Source: an uncultured Candidatus Saccharibacteria bacterium (lineage in GTDB: Bacteria > Patescibacteriota > Minisyncoccia > 2-02-FULL-40-12 > GWA2-44-9). From it: 64,000 nucleotides of DNA. This document shows, piece by piece, positions 26,799 to 37,723 of this stretch (its first letter is position 1; the number at the start of each line of letters is the position of its first letter). Where the stretch lies: NCBI GenBank assembly GCA_964479835.1, contig CAYZRE010000001.1:31630-95629 (forward strand), written 5' to 3'. The position numbers and the translations under genes were made by a program. The notes beneath the pieces were generated by a model. That model searched no databases, was not told where the DNA came from, and was given only the letters and a program-made list of their open reading frames with translations.

Positions 26799-28637
26799 AT
26801 GCCCGCCGATTTCGAGATTTCGCCACTTATCACTCCACCACCGCTGGAGCCGACTCCGGTGTCACCGACCCCGCCGGCTTTACCGCCGGTACGATTGCCG
26901 ATGACTTCTTTAATCATGACAAAAAAATCCAGCCAAATGCTCAAGTGGCTCATTCTGGTTGCCGCCGGCCTCATTGTTGTCACGGTCGGAGCATTATGGT
27001 GGGGTGGCAGTTCTTTCTCCGATAAGGATGTCATACTGACACTCGAGGCACCTGATCACGCAACCTCCGGAGATGAAATTACCTACAAAATTTCGTACCG
27101 CAACAATACGCGTTTGTCGTTGTCGGCGATGAGTTTCCGTTTATTCTATCCGGAGGGGTCACTCGTACTCAAAGACGGACAGCCAACGACACCGGAGAGC
27201 GAAGGATTTGTGGTGGACAAATTGGATCCGGGACAAAGCGGAACAAAAGAGCTCAAAGTGTTCATGGTGGGGGATAAGGGCACGATTCGTAGCGCACGGC
27301 TGAATCTGATATTCAATGCGGGGACGCTGAAATCGTCATTTCAAAAAGAGGCTACTGCTGCCACTACTATTACGACACTGCCCGTGACGTTGACACTGGT
27401 AGCTCCTCCCACGACAGTTACCGGCCAGCCCATCCAGTACCTTTTGGATATCCGTAACGATTCCGGACAGGATCTGACCGATTTAAAGCTTGTTCTCAGC
27501 TATCCGGACGGATTCGTCGTGCAAAAAATGAATCCGAACCCGTCGAGCGGTAACACGATCTGGAATATCGATACCCTTGGCACCAGCGGCGGCAAACGTA
27601 TTACGGTCGACGGCGTCCTTCAAGGCAGCGAACGGGAGACAAAGACGGCCACCGCCGTACTGCAACGCAATTTGAACGGTCAGTATGTGGATTATGTTCG
27701 CACCGAAGCGTTCACCATGATTTCCAGTCCGTTGTTGTCGGTGACGATATCACCCGAAGGCGGTCGCGATTTCGTAACCTTCCCGGGAGATACGCTTCGT
27801 TACACCATCACCTATACCAATAATTCCCGATTCACACTTCTGGGTCTCTTGTTGGGGGTGAAGCTAGAAGGGGATATGTATGATCTGGCACGTCTGCAGA
27901 CGCAGCAGGGATTCTTCGATGATGCTACCCGCACGCTCGTCTATGATTCGGCCGGCGTGCCGGACCTCGGAGCATTAGTTCCCGGACGCACCGGCAGACT
28001 TACTTTTTCAGTTCCTCTCAAAGCCGGACTGTCGGGCTCATCGAGGGGTGGCGCATCGAGTTTCTTCGTCAAAGCAACCGCAAAATTGAGCACAAGTAAT
28101 GTGCCCAGCGGTATTGACGGGAACGAAGTATTCGCACTTGACAGTGTCATCACTAAAATCGGCTCTCAACCGACGCTCGCGCAGGCCGTGCTGTACGACA
28201 ACGGAGCGGGTTCCGGACCAATGCCGCCGGTCGTCGGATCCGAGACAATCTTCACGATGCGCTGGCAGCTCACGAATCCCGGCAATGATGTCCGTACTGC
28301 AAAAGTAACCGCTACGCTTCCTCCCGGCGTCTCATTTAAAGATGCGTCGACTGCCACCAACGGAACACCGCCGGTATACGACCAGACGCGCAACACGGTG
28401 ACCTGGACGGTCGGTACTCTGGCGTTCGGTACAGGCAACGGCACTCCCCGGTACGAGGCGACATTTAAGATTTCTATCAAACCGTCTTCTTCCCAACAAA
28501 ATACGAGCGTTAAACTTATCAGCGGCTCCACGCTGTCCGGTACCGACGGATTCACCGGCCAGACCGTGCAATCAAAGCCGCGTGATGTGACGACCAATGA
28601 TGTCGAAGGCCATCTCAACGAAGGCACGGTGCAGTAG
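26799..28637 (+). CDS. large cell-surface protein with repeated Ig-like (DUF11/conserved-repeat-like) domains
   Basis: Pro-rich N-terminus, TM/signal anchor LKWLILVAAGLIVVTVGALWW, then about 5 repeats of about 100 aa with a TY.I.Y.N....L pattern. Alternative start at 26916. Confidence 0.55.
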   Translation: MPADFEISPLITPPPLEPTPVSPTPPALPPVRLPMTSLIMTKKSSQMLKWLILVAAGLIVVTVGALWWGGSSFSDKDVILTLEAPDHATSGDEITYKISYRNNTRLSLSAMSFRLFYPEGSLVLKDGQPTTPESEGFVVDKLDPGQSGTKELKVFMVGDKGTIRSARLNLIFNAGTLKSSFQKEATAATTITTLPVTLTLVAPPTTVTGQPIQYLLDIRNDSGQDLTDLKLVLSYPDGFVVQKMNPNPSSGNTIWNIDTLGTSGGKRITVDGVLQGSERETKTATAVLQRNLNGQYVDYVRTEAFTMISSPLLSVTISPEGGRDFVTFPGDTLRYTITYTNNSRFTLLGLLLGVKLEGDMYDLARLQTQQGFFDDATRTLVYDSAGVPDLGALVPGRTGRLTFSVPLKAGLSGSSRGGASSFFVKATAKLSTSNVPSGIDGNEVFALDSVITKIGSQPTLAQAVLYDNGAGSGPMPPVVGSETIFTMRWQLTNPGNDVRTAKVTATLPPGVSFKDASTATNGTPPVYDQTRNTVTWTVGTLAFGTGNGTPRYEATFKISIKPSSSQQNTSVKLISGSTLSGTDGFTGQTVQSKPRDVTTNDVEGHLNEGTVQ

Positions 28638-28674
28638 TTGCAGGAACCGCGCTGACACGATAATCTGAGCCCTT

Positions 28675-29964
28675 ATGCCGAAAGAACAGGATTTAATGGA
28701 TGCAGTCGTCTCGCTCTGCAAGCGGCGCGGGTTTGTGTACCCGGGCTCGGAGATTTACGGAGGGCTTGCCAATAGCTGGGACTACGGCCCGTTGGGCACG
28801 GAGCTGAAAAATAACATCAAGCAATTGTGGTGGAAGAAGTTCGTGCAGTCACGCGATGACATGGTGGGTATCGATGCTGCGCTCATTATGAATCCCAAAG
28901 TATGGGAAGCATCGGGGCATATCTCACACTTCAGCGACCCGCTCGTAGAATGCAAGAAATGCCATACGAGATTTCGCGCTGACCAGATTAAAGGGGAGTG
29001 CACGAATTGTGGCGCGAAAGAGTTCACGGAAGCAAAGCAGTTCAACATGATGCTCAAGACATTCCTTGGACCTGCCGAAGAAGAAGCAAATGTTGTCTAT
29101 TTCCGTCCTGAGACGGCGCAGGCGATGTTCGTAGATTTCAAGAATGTCCTCGATACATCCCGAAAAACATTGCCGTTTGGTATCGCTCAAATCGGAAAAG
29201 CATTCCGCAACGAAATAACCCCGGGCAACTTTATTTTCCGCACGCGCGAGTTCGAACAGATGGAAATTGAGTACTTCGTCCGCGAGAATGAATGGGAACA
29301 GCATTTTGAATACTGGCAGAAACAGATGCGCGAATGGGTCACAGAAATCGGCATCGATTCGTCACATATCCACGAAGTCGATATTCCCGACGGCGAGCGT
29401 GCCCACTACTCAAAGCGCACGATCGATTTTGAATATGACTACCCGTTCGGTCAGAAGGAGCTCTATGGTTTGGCGTATCGCACTGATTTTGATTTGAGGA
29501 ATCACTTCAAGGAACCGCCGTACAAAGACCCACAAACAAGCGAAGCATCATATCCGCATGTCGTTGAACCCACCTGGGGCGTCGATCGGTCAGTGTTGGT
29601 AGCGCTTCTGGAAGCATACAGAGAGGAAGAAGACCGGGTTGTCCTGAAATTGCCGCCCAAACTCGCACCGTTCAAGGCGGCAGTTTTTCCGTTGTTGAAA
29701 AATAAGCCGGAGTTGGTGGCGAAAGCGAAAGAAATCTACGCTGTGCTCCGCAAAGATTTTACTGTTGACTGGGATGACCGTGGTAACATCGGCAAACGCT
29801 ACTATGCGCAGGATGAAATCGGCACACCTGCCTGCATTACCATCGACTTCGACACACTTGAGAATGAAACGGTCACCGTGCGCGACCGTGACACGAAGGA
29901 ACAAAAACGAGTTGCCATCACCGAACTTTCTGCTCTCATCGACGCCTCTCTAGCGGCGCATTGA
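28675..29964 (+). CDS. glyQS: glycyl-tRNA synthetase (alpha2 dimeric type)
   Basis: Class II motifs. N-terminus RGFVYPGSEIYGGLANSWDYGPLG. Confidence 0.9.
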   Translation: MPKEQDLMDAVVSLCKRRGFVYPGSEIYGGLANSWDYGPLGTELKNNIKQLWWKKFVQSRDDMVGIDAALIMNPKVWEASGHISHFSDPLVECKKCHTRFRADQIKGECTNCGAKEFTEAKQFNMMLKTFLGPAEEEANVVYFRPETAQAMFVDFKNVLDTSRKTLPFGIAQIGKAFRNEITPGNFIFRTREFEQMEIEYFVRENEWEQHFEYWQKQMREWVTEIGIDSSHIHEVDIPDGERAHYSKRTIDFEYDYPFGQKELYGLAYRTDFDLRNHFKEPPYKDPQTSEASYPHVVEPTWGVDRSVLVALLEAYREEEDRVVLKLPPKLAPFKAAVFPLLKNKPELVAKAKEIYAVLRKDFTVDWDDRGNIGKRYYAQDEIGTPACITIDFDTLENETVTVRDRDTKEQKRVAITELSALIDASLAAH

Positions 29965-30021
29965 CGAGAAGAAAAATTCTTGTATTAGTGGAATCAGTTT
30001 CATTTCCAATGAGGAGGCGCT

Positions 30022-30981
30022 ATGCGCACAATGCTCGTGGCAATGCTCGTGGCGCTCTCCTTGAGCGCCTGTGGTGGAAAAGGCGGTTCACCGACTGTCC
30101 CCAGTGATGGCCCGGTTTCATTCACTCTGACCATTCGTGCCGCGCGCTTGCCACAGGATCCGATTGTCGGCGCAATTGTTGCGACGGATGATTCCCGCGA
30201 GTACAACACCGATGGCGAGGGAATCGTTTCGTTGAGCCTGACTGATGTGGGCAGGAGACTGCGCGTTACGGCACACGGCTACACTGGCCCCAGCACTATC
30301 ATCTTCCGGCCTAACGGGCAGGGGATGACGCATTATCTGTTGCCCGACGATGCCGAGATGCCGTACTCCTGGCTCAAAGAGGCGTTCTACCGTAGCGACG
30401 ACGGCCAATGGTTGTGGCGTCCGATGCCCGGGCGTCTGGATGTAGAGCTGTCCAACGAAGGCAGAGCAGACTCCCGAGTGTCCGACGCGCTTGCGTGGGG
30501 CTCGGACACGCTCAACAATGCCCAACGCCAGGTTTCCTTCAATGTTGTCGGAGCGGGTCAGACCGGTGCGGTAAAGATATACCGCGACCCATCTGACCCC
30601 GTCTTTCGGACAGCGGGTTACGAAAATGTGTGGGCGTTCACCGCCATTACGACCAGCGGTCCCGTTGTCGTCGGAGCGCGCATTGTTTGGAAGTTTTTCT
30701 TGGACTACCCAAACAGTGCCTTGCCCGAGCACATCGGCAAAGCGATGGGCCACGAGCTTGGCCATGTCATCGGTATCCAGGGGCATCCCTGTTGCGGTGG
30801 CATCATGAACTCGCCGCTCGTTCTACAGGATTTCAGTCAGCAGGAAAAAGAAGCATTCGGCTATCTGTTCCTGCGTCCACCCGGTACCCGTCCGCCTGAC
30901 AACCTGGCGGCAGCACCACAGATGTCGGCTTCATCAAGAGGTGAGCGGCGCGAGATGCTGGTCTGTGTCCTTCGTCAGTGA
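30022..30981 (+). CDS. lipoprotein zinc metalloprotease (metzincin-like HExxHxxGxxH)
   Basis: Lipobox LSLSAC. HELGHVIGIQGH zinc-binding motif. Confidence 0.6.
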   Translation: MRTMLVAMLVALSLSACGGKGGSPTVPSDGPVSFTLTIRAARLPQDPIVGAIVATDDSREYNTDGEGIVSLSLTDVGRRLRVTAHGYTGPSTIIFRPNGQGMTHYLLPDDAEMPYSWLKEAFYRSDDGQWLWRPMPGRLDVELSNEGRADSRVSDALAWGSDTLNNAQRQVSFNVVGAGQTGAVKIYRDPSDPVFRTAGYENVWAFTAITTSGPVVVGARIVWKFFLDYPNSALPEHIGKAMGHELGHVIGIQGHPCCGGIMNSPLVLQDFSQQEKEAFGYLFLRPPGTRPPDNLAAAPQMSASSRGERREMLVCVLRQ

Positions 30982-30985
30982 CCCC

Positions 30986-31016
30986 GGGCCGCGAGCTACC
31001 CTCGCGGCCCTTTATA
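30986..31016 (+). terminator. intrinsic terminator
   Basis: 10-bp stem GGGCCGCGAG/CTCGCGGCCC followed by TTTATATT. Confidence 0.55.
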
Positions 31017-31059
31017 TTCTGCCTTTGCCGCTTCTTCGATTCTGGGTTACCATTTCGAC

Positions 31060-31533
31060 ATGCCAAAAGTCACACTACTTAAAAAGAAAAGCTATCTGGC
31101 CATGGTGCGCAATGCTGCCAAGGGGGGAAATTATATGTTTCAGAACAAGTACGCCCTGGTTGATGGGGTAGAGCACGATATCCTTGATGGGGGAGCGCTC
31201 TCGTGTTCGTTCTTCCTCTCTGGCGTGCTTTATGTGAACAAGCTTATTAAAGACATGCATACTAATATGCTTGGTCTGGAAAAAGATCTGGAAGCCAGCG
31301 GATGGCAGCAAGTCACAGAATTACGCGAAGGAGCGCTGCTGGTGTGGGAGGCCCGCCCGCCGGTCAAGGAGCGTTCGTGGGAGCCGACGCAACTCCACGC
31401 GGGAATCTATATCGGCAATGAGCGAGCAGTATCAAATGGCTCCAATACAACACTAATGCCCGAAGAACATCACTACACCTACGACGGTGCTCGCAAGATT
31501 TCTCGCATCTGGTGGCACCCGGAGTTGGAATAG
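31060..31533 (+). CDS. NlpC/P60-like papain-fold cysteine hydrolase (putative)
   Basis: Cys in GGALSCSFFLSGVLY and His in QLHAGIYIGNERAV, spaced as in NlpC/P60/CHAP. No signal peptide. Confidence 0.4.
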   Translation: MPKVTLLKKKSYLAMVRNAAKGGNYMFQNKYALVDGVEHDILDGGALSCSFFLSGVLYVNKLIKDMHTNMLGLEKDLEASGWQQVTELREGALLVWEARPPVKERSWEPTQLHAGIYIGNERAVSNGSNTTLMPEEHHYTYDGARKISRIWWHPELE

Positions 31534-31620
31534 TTGCATTTCTCTTAAAAATGGGTTATGATGGAACTTGCATTTAGCCCGGTGACAGCGGGTATACTCC
31601 CGAGTTACCGTTGGCCCGAT

Positions 31621-31694
31621 GCGGGCGTAGCTCAGCTGGTTAGAGCGTCCCCCTGTCACGGGGAAGGTCACCGGTTCGAATCCGGCCGCCCGCG
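31621..31694 (+). tRNA. tRNA-Asp(GTC)
   Basis: Acceptor GCGGGCG/CGCCCGC, G73. D-arm GCTCAGCTGGTTAGAGC. Anticodon arm TCCCC-CTGTCAC-GGGGA. T-loop GGTTCGAATCC. Promoter-like TTGCAT-17-TATACT upstream. Confidence 0.85.
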
Positions 31695-31699
31695 CAGAT

Positions 31700-31732
31700 A
31701 CCAAAAGCGCTCACATAGGGGGCGCTTTTGGT
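31700..31732. terminator. hairpin after tRNA-Asp (possible terminator)
   Basis: ACCAAAAGCGC...GCGCTTTTGGT 11-bp stem with an 11-nt loop. The A/T tracts are part of the stem, so the orientation is ambiguous. Confidence 0.35.
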
Positions 31733-31745
31733 ATACTATAACCAT

Positions 31746-32126
31746 ATGCGCATCAAGCCTTCATTGGTAACAGGTGCAGCCACAATCGTGGCGCTCGCGG
31801 CCGTGGGCGTCGTGGTATTGGCGACCGAGCCGTCACAGGATCAGCAGGAACTGATAATGCTGTTGTGGGCCGCATTGTTTCTGACGATGTGGGGTTTTAT
31901 GTGCACACTCCTTTTATTGATGCGGCAAACGATTGCACAGGCTCTGTGGACTGCGCTACCACCGGCGGTAGCGGCCGTTGGCCTGCTGGCAGCACTCCAT
32001 CGCGGAGTGCTGGGACAACGATTGCTTGAGGGTATTATTTTGACTACAGTGGTGCTATCCTCCGTTATCCGGTGGAAGCTTCGCCGGGAAAAAGCGCATA
32101 CAGGGCACACTTCAGAAAATCAATGA
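31746..32126 (+). CDS. hypothetical membrane protein
   Basis: Three to four TM helices. Start chosen at the second Met of ORF 31728..32126. Confidence 0.4.
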   Translation: MRIKPSLVTGAATIVALAAVGVVVLATEPSQDQQELIMLLWAALFLTMWGFMCTLLLLMRQTIAQALWTALPPAVAAVGLLAALHRGVLGQRLLEGIILTTVVLSSVIRWKLRREKAHTGHTSENQ

Positions 32127-33259
32127 ACATCACCATAGAGACGCCGGAAGCATTAGCGATTCGCAAACATCTGGAAGCGAGACACGACGCAGTCAGCGAG
32201 CGGCTGAAGCGCTTTTTAGCACTGCCAGACCTGTCACGCACCCCGGGAAGCCCCATCAATGAGCTAGCCGAACGGATTACTTCTATCCCGGACTTTAAAG
32301 ACTTTGATATCGTTGATGTCCCGGAAATCGTGCCTGCGGACAAAAGCTTCGACCTCTTTGATTTTGCTGCCGACCATCCGGCCCGCAGTCCGTCTGATAC
32401 CTATTATGTCGACGGCAATACTATCCTGCGTACGCACACGACGATCTCGTGGTATTACTACCTGACATCGGACCGGGCAAAAGAAAAGATTAAGAATCAT
32501 GAGCCGCTCGGCGTCTTCACCTACGGAAAGGTATACCGCAAAGACGAGATCGATCGGAATCACATGAATATCTTCCATCAGATGGACGGCTATTACCTGA
32601 TGCCGAAAGACAAAGGCATCGTGAGCGTTGATGACCTGAAGGATGTCCTCACAAAAATAGCGCAGGCGGTATTCGGACCGGATGTGAAGTATCGCTTCAA
32701 TGCGGATAATTTTCCGTATACTGATCCGAGTTTAGAGATGGAGATCGATAAAGGCGGAAAGTGGGTTGAAGTGCTGGGAAGCGGCATGGTGAAGGGGAGT
32801 GTACTGGAAAAACTGGGCATTGATTCGTCTCGCTACACAGGTTGGGCGTTCGGATTCGGCCTTGAGCGTTTGGCAATTATCAGCATGGAGCTACCTGATA
32901 TCCGGTTGCTGTGGTCCCATGACCCGCGCGTGTTGAAGCAGTTGAAGCTCGGAAGCAAATTCAAAGAAGTGAGTAAATTCCCGCCGATTACACGAGATAT
33001 TTCTTTTATCGTGCCGAAAGATTTTACGCCGAATAATTACTTTGACCTCATCCGTGATCTTGGCGGCCAGCTGGTCGAGGAAGTCACTCTCTTAGATCAT
33101 TACGACAATGACGATAAGTTCGGGTCGGACAATACCAGCTATACCTACCGCATCGTCTACCGCTCCAACGAGCGCACGCTTGCCACGGCTGAAATCGATC
33201 CGATTCAGGCGAAAATCACCCAAGAGACTATCTCCCAGTTTGGCGCGCAGGTCCGATAG
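32123..33259 (+). CDS. pheS: phenylalanyl-tRNA synthetase alpha-type catalytic subunit fused to a C-terminal FDX-ACB anticodon-binding domain
   Basis: Class II motifs (DHPARSPSDTYY..LRTHTT, FHQMDG, GWAFGFGLERLAI) plus a C-terminal FPPITRDISFIVPKD...YRSNERTLATAE FDX-ACB signature. No pheT downstream. Confidence 0.8.
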   Translation: MNITIETPEALAIRKHLEARHDAVSERLKRFLALPDLSRTPGSPINELAERITSIPDFKDFDIVDVPEIVPADKSFDLFDFAADHPARSPSDTYYVDGNTILRTHTTISWYYYLTSDRAKEKIKNHEPLGVFTYGKVYRKDEIDRNHMNIFHQMDGYYLMPKDKGIVSVDDLKDVLTKIAQAVFGPDVKYRFNADNFPYTDPSLEMEIDKGGKWVEVLGSGMVKGSVLEKLGIDSSRYTGWAFGFGLERLAIISMELPDIRLLWSHDPRVLKQLKLGSKFKEVSKFPPITRDISFIVPKDFTPNNYFDLIRDLGGQLVEEVTLLDHYDNDDKFGSDNTSYTYRIVYRSNERTLATAEIDPIQAKITQETISQFGAQVR

Positions 33260-33359
33260 TAAACGGCTCGCCGCCGCGGCGTCCTGTCGAGGACTACCTC
33301 CGGGATAACAAGCCGTTTAAATGGCCATTTATGGGCCTTTTCTGATGGCCTGGGGGTGT

Positions 33360-35518
<2,159 letters not shown>

Positions 35519-35567
35519 CGCTTTGGGGCAGTTCTGGTACTATGCCCCCATCGCCTCCGGGCGCTTT

Positions 35568-35599
35568 TGATTCCAATTTGTCTATACAAATTGGAATCA
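35568..35599. promoter_or_regulatory. perfect 13-bp inverted repeat (TGATTCCAATTTG-N6-CAAATTGGAATCA) upstream of secE
   Basis: Palindrome read directly in the sequence. No following U-tract, so it is not a canonical terminator. Candidate operator. Confidence 0.35.
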
Positions 35600-35657
35600 G
35601 GCAGATTTGATGCCGATAGGCCTAATCAAATCTGAGTTACATTGTATACTCAAGCCG

Positions 35658-35840
35658 ATGGACAAATTTATCACATTCTTGCGCGAAGTGCGCGTCGAGC
35701 TGGGCAAGGTCACCTGGCCTTCCCGGCAGCAACTGCTCGCCTATACCGGGGTTGTGCTTGGGTTGTGCTTATTTTTCGCCCTCTTTCTGGGGGGTCTTGA
35801 TACAGTTTTTGGGTGGGTCCTCAACCGCCTGGTCGGGTAA
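35658..35840 (+). CDS. secE: preprotein translocase subunit SecE
   Basis: About 60 aa with a single C-terminal TM; conserved position before nusG. Internal start (MDKFITF) of ORF 35607..35840. Confidence 0.65.
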   Translation: MDKFITFLREVRVELGKVTWPSRQQLLAYTGVVLGLCLFFALFLGGLDTVFGWVLNRLVG

Positions 35841-35857
35841 ACCATTATCTTCACTCC

Positions 35858-36403
35858 ATGCCGAAGCAAGTAATCACCGGTCAGCGCGAATGGTATGCGA
35901 TTCATACCTATTCAGGATACGAGGATAGCGTTGCCCGTAGTCTCAACCAGCGCGTCGAATCACTTGGCTTCGAGGGAAAGATTTTCAATATTTTGGTTCC
36001 CAAAGAGAAAAAAATCCGGGTTAAAGGCGGCAAGCGCGAGGTCGTGGAGGAAAAGATTTATCCCGGCTATGTACTCGTAGAAATGATTGTTTCCGATGAC
36101 AGTTGGTATGTCGTTCGTAATACACCCAGTGTCACCGGTTTTATCGGGGCAGGAACCACGCCAACGCCGCTGGCCCGGTCAGAGGTGGACACCCTGTTGG
36201 CTCGCATGGGCGTTGAGGAGCCCAAGTATAAGGTGGATGTCGTGGTAGGTGAACGGGTCAAGATTTCCGACGGCCCCTTCAAGGACTTTGACGGTAAGGT
36301 CAGCGAAGTTGATGTGGAGAAGGGTCGGGTCAAGGTGCTGGTTACCATTTTCGGTCGCGAGACACCCGTCGAATTGGATTTCCTTCAGATGAAGAAACTG
36401 TAA
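35858..36403 (+). CDS. nusG: transcription termination/antitermination factor NusG
   Basis: NGN domain [12 protein letters not shown]-terminal KOW; about 180 aa. Confidence 0.85.
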   Translation: MPKQVITGQREWYAIHTYSGYEDSVARSLNQRVESLGFEGKIFNILVPKEKKIRVKGGKREVVEEKIYPGYVLVEMIVSDDSWYVVRNTPSVTGFIGAGTTPTPLARSEVDTLLARMGVEEPKYKVDVVVGERVKISDGPFKDFDGKVSEVDVEKGRVKVLVTIFGRETPVELDFLQMKKL

Positions 36404-36426
36404 TTTATCACTTATCATTTCCCCAC

Positions 36427-36849
36427 ATGGCAAAGAAAATAAAAACAATCGTCAAACTGCAGGTCGAAGGTGCCCGCGCCACGCCGGCGCCACCGGTCGG
36501 TACTGCACTCGGACCGCATGGCATTAATCTGCAACAGTTTGTGATGCAGTTCAACGAGGCGACCAAAGATAAGGCCGGCCAGGTAACACCGGTAGAAATC
36601 ACTATCTTCGAAGATCGTTCGTTCGAATTCAAACTCAAAACCCCGCCTGCAGCATATCTGTTGCGTGTTGCAGCCGGTCTGGAGAAGGGAAGCGGAGAGC
36701 CCAACAAGAATAAAGTTGGCTCCGTGACAAAAGCACAACTCAAAGAAATCGCCACACAGAAAATGGACGACCTTAACGCCAATGATATCGATGCCGCGAT
36801 GGAAGTCATCGCCGGCACTGCCCGCAGTATGGGTATTGAGGTGAAATAA
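36427..36849 (+). CDS. rplK: 50S ribosomal protein L11
   Basis: [34 protein letters not shown]. Confidence 0.9.
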   Translation: MAKKIKTIVKLQVEGARATPAPPVGTALGPHGINLQQFVMQFNEATKDKAGQVTPVEITIFEDRSFEFKLKTPPAAYLLRVAAGLEKGSGEPNKNKVGSVTKAQLKEIATQKMDDLNANDIDAAMEVIAGTARSMGIEVK

Positions 36850-36865
36850 TTCCGTTCTCGTCTCG

Positions 36866-36898
36866 GTAAGACCCCTCCTTGCGGAGGGGTCTTACTTT
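36866..36898 (+). terminator. intrinsic terminator after rplK
   Basis: 13-bp stem GTAAGACCCCTCC/GGAGGGGTCTTAC followed by TTTGG. Confidence 0.55.
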
Positions 36899-36933
36899 GG
36901 TATGCTGGCAATCCAGTTCTTTAGGAGGAATTC

Positions 36934-37566
36934 ATGATTATTCTGCTGGAGGGCGCAGAAGGAGCCGGTAAGACCACCAACGCCAAGCGACTGGAAGAGC
37001 ATCTCCGGCTTGCGGGTGTCGACGTGCTGTATACCCGTGAACCGGGAGGCAATCCAATCAGCGAGGCCATTCGCGGAATTCTACTGGACCCCATGTATGC
37101 GGGGCAGGTTGACCCACTGGCCGAGTTCTTCCTGTTTCAGGCCTCGCGAGTTCAGTTCATCAACCATGTCCTGCGGCCTGCCACCGAGGCCGGCCGGACG
37201 GTCATCTTGGACCGCTACGCTCTCTCGACAATCGCGTACCAGATCGCGGGGCGGGGATTGCCGATGGCGCAGTGTCTCAACGCAATCGAATTTGCCCTCG
37301 GCGGACTGTTGCCGGATCTGACATTCCTGCTGATGGCCAACTACGAGACGGGGCGCGCTCGTCAGGAGCTACAGAAGAAGAAGCTGGATCGGATGGAATC
37401 AGAGACGCGGGAGTTCCACGAGCGGGTTATCGATGGCTACTGGGCCTTCTCTAAGGTCCTCCCGGCATGGAACATCCACACCATCGAGACGGACGGGCTG
37501 CCACCCGACGGCGTGTTCAATCGGATGCTGGACATCATGCGCGCCGAAGAGGGGGTCATCGGGTAG
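36934..37566 (+). CDS. tmk: thymidylate kinase
   Basis: P-loop LEGAEGAGKTT, DRY motif; about 210 aa. Confidence 0.85.
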   Translation: MIILLEGAEGAGKTTNAKRLEEHLRLAGVDVLYTREPGGNPISEAIRGILLDPMYAGQVDPLAEFFLFQASRVQFINHVLRPATEAGRTVILDRYALSTIAYQIAGRGLPMAQCLNAIEFALGGLLPDLTFLLMANYETGRARQELQKKKLDRMESETREFHERVIDGYWAFSKVLPAWNIHTIETDGLPPDGVFNRMLDIMRAEEGVIG

Positions 37567-37568
37567 TC

Positions 37569-37595
37569 GGGGGCGTGAGAACGCCCCTTTTTCTT
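37569..37595 (+). terminator. intrinsic terminator after tmk
   Basis: GGGGCGT-GAGA-ACGCCCC followed by TTTTTCTT. A second 12-bp hairpin lies at 37598-37631. Confidence 0.6.
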
Positions 37596-37723
37596 CGTCC
37601 TGACATTATATAAACAATGTCAGGACGGGCAGAATCGCAACGCGAAGCGTTTAGGCGATTCTGAGTTACCATAGATAAAAGCTATGTATTCCTGAATATT
37701 TCCATGGTACAGTAGCACTACAC

